NCBI GenBank assembly: GCA_963810635.1
Contig: CAWEOB010000006.1
Location: forward strand, 68,982-132,981
DNA: 64,000 bases
Origin: an uncultured Actinomycetes bacterium
GTDB taxonomy: Bacteria > Actinomycetota > UBA4738 > HRBIN12
Direction: 5' to 3'
Shown here: positions 53,376-62,822 of the stretch, one piece after another
How the letters are laid out: each line of letters opens with the position of its first letter
Numbering within the stretch: position 1 is the stretch's first letter
The notes under the pieces: generated by a model
Database searches by the model: none
Told to the model about the DNA's origin: nothing
Seen by the model: only the letters and a program-made list of their open reading frames with translations
Position numbers and translations under genes: made by a program

Positions 53376-55067
53376 ATGAGTGACGAGACGACGGTCGCCA
53401 CGGAGGCGACCGAGACAGCCGAGGAGCAGGTAGTGGCCTCGGAGGAGATCGTGCAGGCGGCGGACGACGTGGAGGCGGCGGACGACGTGGAGGCGGTGGC
53501 CAAGGCGGAGCCGGCGGCGACCGACGTCGAAGCCGAGGCGCCCGCGATCCCCGTCGATCCCGAAGCACCCGAGCGCGATCTGACCCCCGAGGAGCTGATC
53601 GCCGCGCTCGAGGCGTCGCTCCGCGATTTCAAGGACGGCGACATCGTCGAGGGTGAGGTCGTCAAGATCGACCGGGACGAGGTCCTCCTCGACATCGGCT
53701 ACAAGTCCGAAGGCGTCATCCCGTCGAAGGAGCTGTCGATCCGCCACGACGTCGACCCGAACGAGGTCGTCAAGGTCGGTGATCGGATCGAGGCCCTCGT
53801 CCTGCAGAAAGAGGACAAGGAGGGCCGGCTCATCCTGTCGAAGAAGCGGGCCCAGTACGAGCGGGCGTGGGGCCGCATCGAGGACATCATGCGATCGGGC
53901 CAGACGATCAAGGGTCCCGTCATCGAGGTCGTGAAGGGTGGCTTGATCTTGGACATCGGGCTCCGCGGGTTCCTGCCCGCGTCGCTCGTGGATCTCCGCC
54001 GCGTCCGGGACCTCCAGCCCTTCGTGGGCCAGGAGCTCGAAGCGAAGATCATCGAGCTGGACCGCAACCGCAACAACGTCGTCCTCAGCCGGCGGGCGTT
54101 CCTCGAGGAGTCGCAGTCCGAGGGACGCAAGAAGTTCCTCGAGAACCTCCAGAAGGGCGAGCGGCGCAAGGGCACGGTGAGCTCCATCGTGAACTTCGGC
54201 GCGTTCGTGGACCTCGGCGGCGTCGACGGGCTCGTGCATGTGAGCGAGCTGTCGTGGAAGCACGTGGATCACCCGAGCGAAGTGGTGGCCGTCGGCCAAG
54301 AGGTCGAGGTCGAGGTGCTCGACGTGGATCTCGAGCGTGAGCGCGTGTCGCTCTCGCTGAAGGCCACGCAAGAGGATCCCTGGAAGGAGTTCGAGCGCAC
54401 CTCGCAGGCCGGCTCCGTGATCACGGGCCAGGTCACGAAGCTCGTGCCGTTCGGCGCGTTCGTGCGGGTCGCTCCCGGGATCGAGGGTCTCGTCCACATC
54501 TCCGAGATCTCCCACGAGCACGTCGACTCGCCGGAGTCGGTGCTCGCCGTCGGCCAGGAGGTCGAGGTGAAGGTCATCGACGTCGACGTCACACGCCGCC
54601 GGGTCTCCCTCTCGATGCGGCAGGTGAGCGCGCCGCCGCCTCGGCAGAAGGAGATCGTCGCCGAGGAGGAAGAGCCCCGGGCGGGGGTCCCCGCCGGTCC
54701 CGATATGACGATGACGATCGAGGTGCCCCAGGCGATCCTCGATGCCGTGGCCGCGGCCGAGGTCACCGCGCCGTCGACGGTACCGGCCGCGGCTCCGGAG
54801 CCCGCCCCGGTCGCGACCGAGGTCGCGCCCGTCGAGGAAGCGGCGGCCGCCGCACCGGCCGCGGGAGAGGCCGAGGCCGCCGAGACGACAGCCGACGACG
54901 GTTCCGAGGTCGAGGCTGCGGTGACCGACGTCGAAGCCGTCGCCGAGGTCCCCGACGCCGCCGACGCCGAGGCCCCCGAGGCCACGGAGGAGGCTGCCTC
55001 CGACGAGGAGGTCTCCCTCGAGGCGATCCTCGAGGACCTGAAGCGGCGCGAGGGCCGCACCGAGTGA
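53376..55067 (+). CDS. rpsA: 30S ribosomal protein S1 with acidic N- and C-terminal extensions
   Basis: Four or more S1 domains (GQTIKGPVIEVVKGGLILDIG etc). Intact 563 aa. Confidence 0.9.
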   Translation: MSDETTVATEATETAEEQVVASEEIVQAADDVEAADDVEAVAKAEPAATDVEAEAPAIPVDPEAPERDLTPEELIAALEASLRDFKDGDIVEGEVVKIDRDEVLLDIGYKSEGVIPSKELSIRHDVDPNEVVKVGDRIEALVLQKEDKEGRLILSKKRAQYERAWGRIEDIMRSGQTIKGPVIEVVKGGLILDIGLRGFLPASLVDLRRVRDLQPFVGQELEAKIIELDRNRNNVVLSRRAFLEESQSEGRKKFLENLQKGERRKGTVSSIVNFGAFVDLGGVDGLVHVSELSWKHVDHPSEVVAVGQEVEVEVLDVDLERERVSLSLKATQEDPWKEFERTSQAGSVITGQVTKLVPFGAFVRVAPGIEGLVHISEISHEHVDSPESVLAVGQEVEVKVIDVDVTRRRVSLSMRQVSAPPPRQKEIVAEEEEPRAGVPAGPDMTMTIEVPQAILDAVAAAEVTAPSTVPAAAPEPAPVATEVAPVEEAAAAAPAAGEAEAAETTADDGSEVEAAVTDVEAVAEVPDAADAEAPEATEEAASDEEVSLEAILEDLKRREGRTE

Positions 55068-55116
55068 GTCCACGGAGCCGGGCGCACGACGGCCCGGTTC
55101 CGCTCGCGGGTGGACC

Positions 55117-55715
55117 GTGAAGCTGATCGGGCTGACCGGCGGGATCGGGTCGGGGAAGTCCACCGTCGCGGGCATGCTGGAGGCCCGGGGAGCGGTCGAT
55201 CCTGGACGCCGACGCGTTCGCGCGGCTCGCCGTCCAGGCGGGGACCGAAGGCTTCCGCCGGGTGGTGGCCCGGTTCGGGCAGGGCGTCGTGGGACCCGAC
55301 GGCGAGCTCGACCGGCCGAAGCTCGCCGCGATCGTCTTCCACGACCCGAAGGCGCTCGAGGACTCTCGAAGCCATCGTTCATCCGGAGGTCCGGCGTCTG
55401 ATGACCGATGGCATCGTCGAGAACGTCGACTCCGATCGCGTGGTGATCCTCGTGAACCCGCTGTTGATCGAGATGGGGACCCACCGCGACTGCGATCTGG
55501 TCGTGGTCATCTCCGCGACGCCGGAGACGCAGGTGAGCCGGAGCGTCGCGCGCGGCATGGAGGAGGACGATGTGCGGGCCCGTCTTGCGGCCCAGATGCC
55601 ACTGGAGGAGCGCGCGCGCCATGCCGACGTCCTGCTGGACAACGGGGGAACGCTGGAGGAGCTCCGAGCGCAGGTCGACGAGCTGTGGCCCCGGCTCACG
55701 TCGATCGGGAGCTGA
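55117..55715 (+). CDS. coaE: Dephospho-CoA kinase. Two apparent +1 insertions, near 55198 and near 55364.
   Basis: [12 protein letters not shown]. Protein reconstructed across ORFs 55117, 55262 and 55110 (...[12 protein letters not shown]...DPKALEDLEAIVHPEV...). Confidence 0.75.
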
Positions 55716-55741
55716 TCGCGACCCACGGCTATCCTTCCGCG

Positions 55742-56446
55742 ATGCGGTTCCGCGGGGTCTTCTTCGATGCGGGCGAGACGCTCGTCCATCCGGCGCCGTC
55801 GTTCCCTGAGCTCTTCTCCCAGGTCGTCGAGCGAGCCGGTCACCGGCGGTCGCCCGACGAGGTCGTCGAAGCGTCGAGCGCGGTGTTCCACCGATTCAGC
55901 GAGGCCGCGCGTGACGAGGAGATGTGGACCACGAGCCCGGAGCGATCCGCCCGGTTCTGGAAGGGCGTCTACGGTCGCATGCTCGCGGAGCTCGCGTTGC
56001 CGGCGAAGGACGGGCTGCGTGAACAGCTCTACGAGACCTTCACCGACCAGGCCAACTACGCACTGTTCGAAGACGTCATCCCTGCCCTGGACGCCCTGGA
56101 GCCGACGGGTGCCGTGCTGGGGATCGTGTCCAACTTCGAAGCTTGGCTCGAAGGGCTGCTCGCGCGGCTCGGCGTGGCGGCGCGGTTCCCTGTCCGCGTG
56201 ATCAGCGGCGAGGTGGGCATCGAGAAGCCGGACGAGCGGATCTACCGGCTGGCGCTCGAACGCGCAGGTCTGTCGGCGAGCGACGTGGCGTACGTGGGGG
56301 ACAACCCCGAGTTCGATGTGATCCCCGCCCTGGCGGTCGGCATGACGCCCATCCTGATCGACCGCACCGCGCGCTTCCTCGAGCACGGCGGCTACCGCAT
56401 CGAGGACCTCCGCGAGCTCCCCTCGATGCTGGAGACGGCGTCGTGA
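55742..56446 (+). CDS. HAD-superfamily hydrolase
   Basis: FFDAGETL motif I...GDNPEFDV motif IV. Confidence 0.7.
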   Translation: MRFRGVFFDAGETLVHPAPSFPELFSQVVERAGHRRSPDEVVEASSAVFHRFSEAARDEEMWTTSPERSARFWKGVYGRMLAELALPAKDGLREQLYETFTDQANYALFEDVIPALDALEPTGAVLGIVSNFEAWLEGLLARLGVAARFPVRVISGEVGIEKPDERIYRLALERAGLSASDVAYVGDNPEFDVIPALAVGMTPILIDRTARFLEHGGYRIEDLRELPSMLETAS

Positions 56447-56811
56447 CCGAGCGCCTCTTCACCCGCGAAGAGGCGGACGCGGAACTGGACGACCTGCGCG
56501 AGCGCCTGCCCCGGATCCGGGAGGCACGCCGTGGCCTGATCGCGACGAGCGAGCAGATCGACGAGGCCGTCTCGATCGACGGCGGGGGGATCGAAGCCTC
56601 GAATTGGTTCCGGTTCCAGCAGACCTTGAAGGACGACGTGGAGCACCTCGCCACGCAGGGGATCCTGCTCCGCGACCCCGAGACGGGGCTCGTGGACTTC
56701 CCGGCCGAGCTCGACGGCCGGCGGGTCTTCCTCTGCTGGCGCCTGGGGGAGGATGAGGTGGCCTACTTCCACGAGGAGCACAGCGGCTACTCGGGACGGA
56801 AGCCGTTGTGA
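56443..56811 (+). CDS. DUF2203-family protein (conserved actinobacterial, unknown function)
   Basis: 122 aa. GTGA-coupled on both sides. Confidence 0.5.
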   Translation: MTERLFTREEADAELDDLRERLPRIREARRGLIATSEQIDEAVSIDGGGIEASNWFRFQQTLKDDVEHLATQGILLRDPETGLVDFPAELDGRRVFLCWRLGEDEVAYFHEEHSGYSGRKPL

Positions 56812-57788
56812 GCGAGACGTGGCGACCGGTGGTGGTGGTCCTCGGCGCGAGCGCCGAGGACCCGCCGCCCCGGATGGAACGGGCGTCGGAGCGCGCGGAT
56901 GTCCGGTTCGCAGCGGACGGCGACGCCCTCCGGGCCGTGGTCCCCGAGGTCGACGCCCTGATGTTCTGGGGGGCTCGCCGCGAGTGGCTGGTGGAGGCAT
57001 GGCCGCTCGCGGAGCGGCTCCAGTGGATCCAAGCCGCGAGCGACGGCGTCGACCGGCTGCTCTTCCCCGCGCTCGTGACCAGCCACGTGCTCGTGACGAA
57101 CGCGCGCGGCGTGTTCGACGACCCCATCGCCGAATGGGTGATGGCGGCGATCCTGTCCTTCGAGACGGGTCTGCGGGCATCCGTCCAGGACACGGCTGCC
57201 GGGCGATGGACCGATGGTCGTCCCCGGGGCCGGGTCGCCGGACGGCGCCTCCTGGTCGTAGGCCCGGGACCGATCGGGACGGCGACCGCGGTGCGTGCGC
57301 GCGCCCTCGGGATGGAGGTCGCAGCGGTGGGCCGCCAGGCGCGTCACGACGAGCTGTTCGGCGCGGTCGTCGGTCCGGAGGACCTCCACGCGTCGCTCGC
57401 GTGGGCGGATCACGTGCTCGATGCGCTCCCGCTCACGCCGCAGACGCGTGGCTACTTCGACCGCGCGGCGTTCGCGTCGATGCAGCCGGGAGCACGCTTC
57501 TACAACGTCGGTCGGGGTGCGACGGTCGACGAACACGCCCTGATCGACGCGCTGCGCGGCGGCCGGCTGGCCGGCGCGGCGCTCGACGTCTTCGAGGAAG
57601 AGCCGCTCCCCACGGGCTCACCGCTGTGGACGCTCCCCGAGGTGATCGTCTCGCCACACGTCTGCGGGGATGTCGAGGGTTGGGAAGGCGCCGTCGTCGA
57701 CGTGTTCCTGGACAACCTCGATCGGTTCACGCGAGGGGAGCCGCTCCGCAACATCGTGGACACGACCGCCGGATTCGGGGTGGGCTAG
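56808..57788 (+). CDS. D-isomer-specific 2-hydroxyacid dehydrogenase family protein
   Basis: NAD-binding GPGPIGTA and the catalytic R/E/H region. Confidence 0.75.
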   Translation: MSETWRPVVVVLGASAEDPPPRMERASERADVRFAADGDALRAVVPEVDALMFWGARREWLVEAWPLAERLQWIQAASDGVDRLLFPALVTSHVLVTNARGVFDDPIAEWVMAAILSFETGLRASVQDTAAGRWTDGRPRGRVAGRRLLVVGPGPIGTATAVRARALGMEVAAVGRQARHDELFGAVVGPEDLHASLAWADHVLDALPLTPQTRGYFDRAAFASMQPGARFYNVGRGATVDEHALIDALRGGRLAGAALDVFEEEPLPTGSPLWTLPEVIVSPHVCGDVEGWEGAVVDVFLDNLDRFTRGEPLRNIVDTTAGFGVG

Positions 57789-57798
57789 GATCGATGCC

Positions 57799-58708
57799 GT
57801 GACCGAGCGCGTGATCGAGGTGCGCGGGCTGGTGAAGCGCTACGGCGACCTGGCTGCGGTCGACGGCATCGATCTGCACGTCGACCGGGGCGAGGTCTTC
57901 GCCCTCCTCGGTCCGAACGGCGCCGGCAAGACGACCACCACGGAGAGTCCTGGAGGGGTATCGCCCCCGCACGGAAGGTGAGGTCTCGGTCCTCGGCCAC
58001 GACCCTTCGCGTCCAGACCGCGCCCTGAAGGAGCGGATCGGGATCGTGCTCCAGTCCACGGGGGTCGACCCGTTCCTCACCGTCCGAGAGACGATCGAGA
58101 TGTACGCGGGCTACTACCCGCAGCGCCGCTCGACCGACGATGTGATCGAGGTCGTCGGCCTCGGTGAGAAGGCGGACGAGGGCGTGCGGCGCCTCTCGGG
58201 CGGCCAGCAACGACGACTGGATGTGGCCATCGCCCTCGCGGGGGATCCCGAGCTCCTCTTCCTCGACGAGCCGACCACCGGCTTCGACCCCAGCGCGCGG
58301 AGGAACGCGTGGGAGGTCGTGAAGAACCTCGTGGCCCTCGGGAAGACGGTGTTCCTCACGACGCACTTCATGGACGAAGCGCAGTACCTCGCCGACCGGG
58401 TCGCGGTGATCGCGAAGGGGAAGGTCGTGGCGGAGGGACCGCCCGCGACGCTCGCAGGACGGGAGTCCATGGTCGCGAAGATCAGCTTCCGGCTGCCGCC
58501 CGATGCGCCGGAACCTCCCGACCTGGGTCAGGTTCCGGTCGGGGACGGGTACCTCGAGGTACGCGCGGGCGACCCGACGGAGGCGCTGCACCGGCTCACG
58601 GGTTGGGCGCTCGAGCGCGGCGTCGGGCTCGACGGGTTGGAGGTCCAGCGACCGACGCTCGAGGACGTGTACCTGGACCTTACCGGCGGCGAGGAAGGGT
58701 CGGGATGA
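57799..58708 (+). CDS. ABC-2 type exporter ATP-binding protein (DrrA-like). Apparent +1 insertion at about 57947.
   Basis: [10 protein letters not shown] in ORF 57670 frame. [18 protein letters not shown]...LSGGQQRR in ORF 58046 frame. Confidence 0.75.
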
Positions 58709-59475
58709 GCGGCCTGGCCTTGATGGTCCGGCAGGTGCGGTACATGAACAAGACCTTCTGGCGCAATCCCGCATCCGCGTTCTTCACGTTCGCGTTCCCG
58801 TTGCTGTTCCTCGTGATCTTCACGACCCTGCTCGGGAACAGCGAGGCGTCGGTCGGGGGCCAGACGATCAAGACCTCGACGTACTACGTCGCCTCGATGG
58901 CGACGTTCGGGCTCATCGGAGCCTGCTACACGAACATCGCGATCTCCCTCGTCTTCACCCGTGAGGCGGGGATCCTGAAGCGCACGCGGGGCACGCCGTT
59001 GCCGTCGTGGTCGTACCTGGGCGCTCGCGTGCTCCACGCGGCTCTCGTCGGGTTCCTCCTGATCGCGATCACGGTCGTGTTCGGCGTCCTCGTGTACGGG
59101 GCCAGCTTCCCCACGGGAACGGATCTGTTCCGCTTCGTCGTCACGGTGATCGTCGGGGCCGCGTGCTTCGCGGCGATCGGCCTGGCGGTGTGCGGGATGG
59201 TGCCCAACGCCGACGCGGGGCCGCCGATCATCAATGCGATCATCCTGCCCCTGCTGTTCCTGTCCGGTGTGTTCATCGTGGTCAACGACGACACGCCGAC
59301 GTGGGTGAACTGGGTCGGGAGGATCTTCCCCGTGCGGCACCTGGTGGACGCGATGCGCGACTCGTTCCTCGGGCTCCCCACGTTCCGGTGGTGGGACGTG
59401 GTCGTCCTCCTCATCTGGCTCCTCGCGGCCGTCGTCGTCGCGGTCAAGACGTTCAAGTGGGAGCCCAACCGATAG
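58705..59475 (+). CDS. ABC-2 family transporter permease
   Basis: Six TM helices. ATGA-coupled to the ATPase. Confidence 0.75.
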   Translation: MSGLALMVRQVRYMNKTFWRNPASAFFTFAFPLLFLVIFTTLLGNSEASVGGQTIKTSTYYVASMATFGLIGACYTNIAISLVFTREAGILKRTRGTPLPSWSYLGARVLHAALVGFLLIAITVVFGVLVYGASFPTGTDLFRFVVTVIVGAACFAAIGLAVCGMVPNADAGPPIINAIILPLLFLSGVFIVVNDDTPTWVNWVGRIFPVRHLVDAMRDSFLGLPTFRWWDVVVLLIWLLAAVVVAVKTFKWEPNR

Positions 59476-59557
59476 CTGCCTGGCCGTCCCGTCGGGCCGT
59501 GCGCTAGATTCACGCCTGGCCGGGACCCCCGGCCACGGGATACGAGGGGGATCGTCG

Positions 59558-60457
59558 ATGCGGAAGTTCCTGGTGAGCGTTGCGTTGCTGGCGGTCGTGG
59601 GCGCGGCCTGCGCTCCCGAAGGGTCCGATACCAGCGCACCAGGGGGGACCTCGACGGACTCGACGTCGCCCACCGCGGATCCGTGCGCGGTCGAGAGCCT
59701 CAGCCTCTACGAGGACGGCACGCTGACGATCGCCACCGGGAACCCCGCGTACGCGCCGTGGTACGGGGGAAAGAGCACCGAGGGCTCCGAATGGGAGTCG
59801 AGCGACTTCACGGGCGACCCCTACACGGGTGAGGGCTACGAGGCCGCTTTCGCGTACGCCTTGGCCGAGCAGATGGGCTTCGCGGCCGACGATGTCCAGT
59901 GGGTCGCGATCCCGTTCAACAAGTCCTTCGCGCCGGGCCCCAAGGAGTTCGATTTCGCGATGCAACAGATCTCGATCACGGAGAAGCGCGCGGGGGCCGT
60001 CGACTTCAGCGAGGGCTACTTCGACGTGAACCAGGCGTTGATCGCCAACGAGGGATCGCCCGCGGTCGGTGTGACCACGCTCGCCGGTCTCAAGGATCTG
60101 AAGCTCGGCGCGCCGGAAGGCACCACCAGCCTCCAGGTCATCGAGGAGCTCGTGCAGCCGACGGACGACCCCGCCGTCTACCCCGACCTCGACCTCGCGC
60201 TCAAGGACCTGAAGAACGGACAGATCGACGGCGTGGTCGTCGACTTCCCCACGGCCTTCTACGGCTATGCGGACGTCGTCGTTGGTCAGTTCCCCGACCT
60301 GGGTGAGCAGGAGCAGTTCGGCCTGACCTTCGAGAAGGGGAGCGAGCTCACGCCCTGCGTGGATGCGGCGATCCAGGCGTTGCGGGATGACGGCACGCTC
60401 GACGCGCTGAAGGACGAGTGGCTCGAGGTCGACACCAGCGTCCCCACGTTCTCGTAG
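59558..60457 (+). CDS. Amino acid ABC transporter substrate-binding lipoprotein (PBP family 3)
   Basis: Lipobox VGAAC. Confidence 0.75.
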   Translation: MRKFLVSVALLAVVGAACAPEGSDTSAPGGTSTDSTSPTADPCAVESLSLYEDGTLTIATGNPAYAPWYGGKSTEGSEWESSDFTGDPYTGEGYEAAFAYALAEQMGFAADDVQWVAIPFNKSFAPGPKEFDFAMQQISITEKRAGAVDFSEGYFDVNQALIANEGSPAVGVTTLAGLKDLKLGAPEGTTSLQVIEELVQPTDDPAVYPDLDLALKDLKNGQIDGVVVDFPTAFYGYADVVVGQFPDLGEQEQFGLTFEKGSELTPCVDAAIQALRDDGTLDALKDEWLEVDTSVPTFS

Positions 60458-60484
60458 CTCGGCGACCCGGCCGAGGAGGCGGAC

Positions 60485-61375
60485 GTGGGCGGCGAGGCCC
60501 CGGGTGATCCACTGCTCGACCCACGTCTGAGCGCCGGCGAACGGCGCTCGCGCATCTTCGGCGGCGGGAGCGAGCGGCGCAACGTCTGGGTCGCCGTCGC
60601 GAGCACGGTGATCTTCTTCGCTGTCGCCGCCATCCTGATCGTCAACTCGCCGGGTTGGCCCTCGGTGAAGGAAGCCTTCTTCAACCGGGAGGTCTTCGAC
60701 GAGGCGTTCCCGAAGATCCTCAAGGGATTCCTCCTCAACATCCAGATCTTCCTGATGGCGGAGGTCCTCGTCCTGATCTTCGCCCTCCTGCTCGCGGTGA
60801 TGCGCAGCCTTCCGGGTCCGGTGTTCGCGCCGCTCCGGATCATCGCGATCGGCTATTCGATCCTCTTCAGGGGACTTCCGACGATCCTGGTCATCTTCCT
60901 GCTCGGGTACGGGATGCCGGCGCTCGAGCTCCAGGGCTTGCCGAGCGGTGCCAACGCGGACATCTTCTGGGCGATCGTCGCGCTCGTGCTCGTGTACTCG
61001 GCATACGTGATGGAGGTGTACCGAGCCGGGATCGAGTCCGTGCATCCGAGCCAGACCGCGGCCGCCCGTTCGTTGGGTCTCAAGCGCGGCCAAGCGCTGC
61101 GCTTCGTGGTCCTCCCGCAGGCGGTCCGCCGCGTGATCCCGCCGCTCCTCAACGATTTCATCGGACTGCAGAAGGATTCGGCGCTCGTCGGCTTCCTCGG
61201 CGTCTCCGATGCACTCCGGCAGGCGACGATCTCTCAGGCGACGTTCTTCAACTTCACCCCGTACGTCTCACTCGCACTCGTCTACGTGCTCTTCACGATC
61301 CCCCAGGTCCTGCTGGTGGACTGGCTGATCAAGCGTGACCAGCGCCGTCGCGAGGCAGGAGGGACGGACGGATGA
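60485..61375 (+). CDS. Amino acid ABC transporter permease
   Basis: HisM/GlnP-type core. Confidence 0.75.
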   Translation: MGGEAPGDPLLDPRLSAGERRSRIFGGGSERRNVWVAVASTVIFFAVAAILIVNSPGWPSVKEAFFNREVFDEAFPKILKGFLLNIQIFLMAEVLVLIFALLLAVMRSLPGPVFAPLRIIAIGYSILFRGLPTILVIFLLGYGMPALELQGLPSGANADIFWAIVALVLVYSAYVMEVYRAGIESVHPSQTAAARSLGLKRGQALRFVVLPQAVRRVIPPLLNDFIGLQKDSALVGFLGVSDALRQATISQATFFNFTPYVSLALVYVLFTIPQVLLVDWLIKRDQRRREAGGTDG

Positions 61376-62118
61376 CCGAGTCGCTCCGCGTCGAAGGGCT
61401 GCACAAGTCCTTCGGCGACCTCGAGGTTCTCGGAGGGATCGACCTCGTGGTCGACGATCACGAGGTCGTTTGCTTGATCGGCGCATCGGGCTCGGGGAAA
61501 TCCACCCTCCTGCGCTGCATCGACCTGCTCGAAACCGTGGATGCCGGTCGCATCCTCATCGAGGGTCTCGACGTCACCGGGGCCGACGTCGATCGGAACG
61601 CCGTGCGGAGGAGGATCGGCATCGTCTTCCAGTCGTTCAACCTCTTCCCACACATGACCGTGCGTCGGAACGTCACCCTGGCGCCGCGGAAGGTGCTCCG
61701 CCTCTCGGCTGCCGAGGCGGGTACCCGTGCCGAGGAGCTGCTCGGCCGGTTCGGCCTCGCGGACAAGGCCGACGAGTACCCCGATCGGCTGTCCGGGGGA
61801 CAGCAGCAACGCGTCGCGATCGTGCGCGCGCTCGCGATGCAGCCCGATCTCCTCTTACTCGACGAGGTCACGAGCGCCCTCGACCCCGTCCTCGTGGCGG
61901 AGGTGCTCGATGCCATCCGGGAGCTCGCCGAGCAAGGCATGACGATGGTGATCGCGACCCACGAGATGGGGTTCGCGCGCGACGTCGCGAGCCGCGTGGC
62001 CTTCCTCCACGAAGGCCGGATCCTGGAGGAAGGCGAGCCAGAACGGATCTTCTCGGATCCGCACGAGGAAGAGACGCGGATCTTCCTGGACCGGATCATC
62101 GCGGCGGGAAGGATGTAG
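61372..62118 (+). CDS. Amino acid ABC transporter ATP-binding protein
   Basis: [17 protein letters not shown]. Intact. Confidence 0.85.
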   Translation: MTESLRVEGLHKSFGDLEVLGGIDLVVDDHEVVCLIGASGSGKSTLLRCIDLLETVDAGRILIEGLDVTGADVDRNAVRRRIGIVFQSFNLFPHMTVRRNVTLAPRKVLRLSAAEAGTRAEELLGRFGLADKADEYPDRLSGGQQQRVAIVRALAMQPDLLLLDEVTSALDPVLVAEVLDAIRELAEQGMTMVIATHEMGFARDVASRVAFLHEGRILEEGEPERIFSDPHEEETRIFLDRIIAAGRM

Positions 62119-62120
62119 GG

Positions 62121-62768
62121 ATGCTGATCGATCTCTCGCATCGGATCGAGGACGGGATGGCGATCTATCCGGGGTTGCCGCGCCCGGTGGTCGGCGCCTT
62201 CCTCGACCACGACACGTCGCGGGACCGGTACGAGGGGAAAGCCGAGTTCCATCTCGGGACGATGACCTTCGCCGGCGCGACGGGGACCTACCTGGACGCG
62301 CCGTTCCACCGACATCGCGACGCGGCCGACCTCGCCGCCCTTCCTCTGGAACGGCTGGCGAGCCTGCCGGGCGTGGTGCTCGATCACGACGGCGGCCCGG
62401 CGGCCCTCGGGACCCTCGAGCGACTCCCGGACGTGAGCGGGCACGCGGTCATCCTCCGCACCGGCTGGGCCGAGCGGTGGGGGAGCGACGCGTACTGGGA
62501 GCAGGGCCCCTCCGTCGGGGGTGGTCTGCTCGACGCGCTCGTGGCCGCCGCTCCCGCGCTGGTCGGGATCGACACGGGGAACATCGACGACACGGGCGAC
62601 CTCACGCGGCCGGCGCACACCCGACTCCTCGCCGCGGACATCTGCATCGTCGAGAACCTCGCCGACCTGACGTCGCTGCCGACCACGGGCTTCCGCTTCA
62701 CCGCCGCGCCGCCCGCCGTCGCCGGTGGCTCGAACTTCCCGGTGCGAGCTTTCGCCGAGATCGACTGA
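62121..62768 (+). CDS. Cyclase-family protein (kynurenine formamidase-like, PF04199)
   Basis: 215 aa. HRIEDGM...GTYLDAPFH signature of the putative cyclase family. Confidence 0.6.
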   Translation: MLIDLSHRIEDGMAIYPGLPRPVVGAFLDHDTSRDRYEGKAEFHLGTMTFAGATGTYLDAPFHRHRDAADLAALPLERLASLPGVVLDHDGGPAALGTLERLPDVSGHAVILRTGWAERWGSDAYWEQGPSVGGGLLDALVAAAPALVGIDTGNIDDTGDLTRPAHTRLLAADICIVENLADLTSLPTTGFRFTAAPPAVAGGSNFPVRAFAEID

Positions 62769-62822
62769 CCTCACCACCCGGGGCGGCCGCGAGGACGTGT
62801 CGGCGCCCCGCCCTACACTTGG

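Noticed and set aside
53448-53490. 18-nt tandem repeat in the rpsA 5' region as a repeat element
   Set aside because: In-frame duplication (AADDVE x2) within a low-complexity acidic tail. Not an intergenic repeat or CRISPR.
52791-55622. 943-aa minus-strand ORF antisense to polA/rpsA
   Set aside because: Same high-GC antisense artifact. No domain-like sequence.
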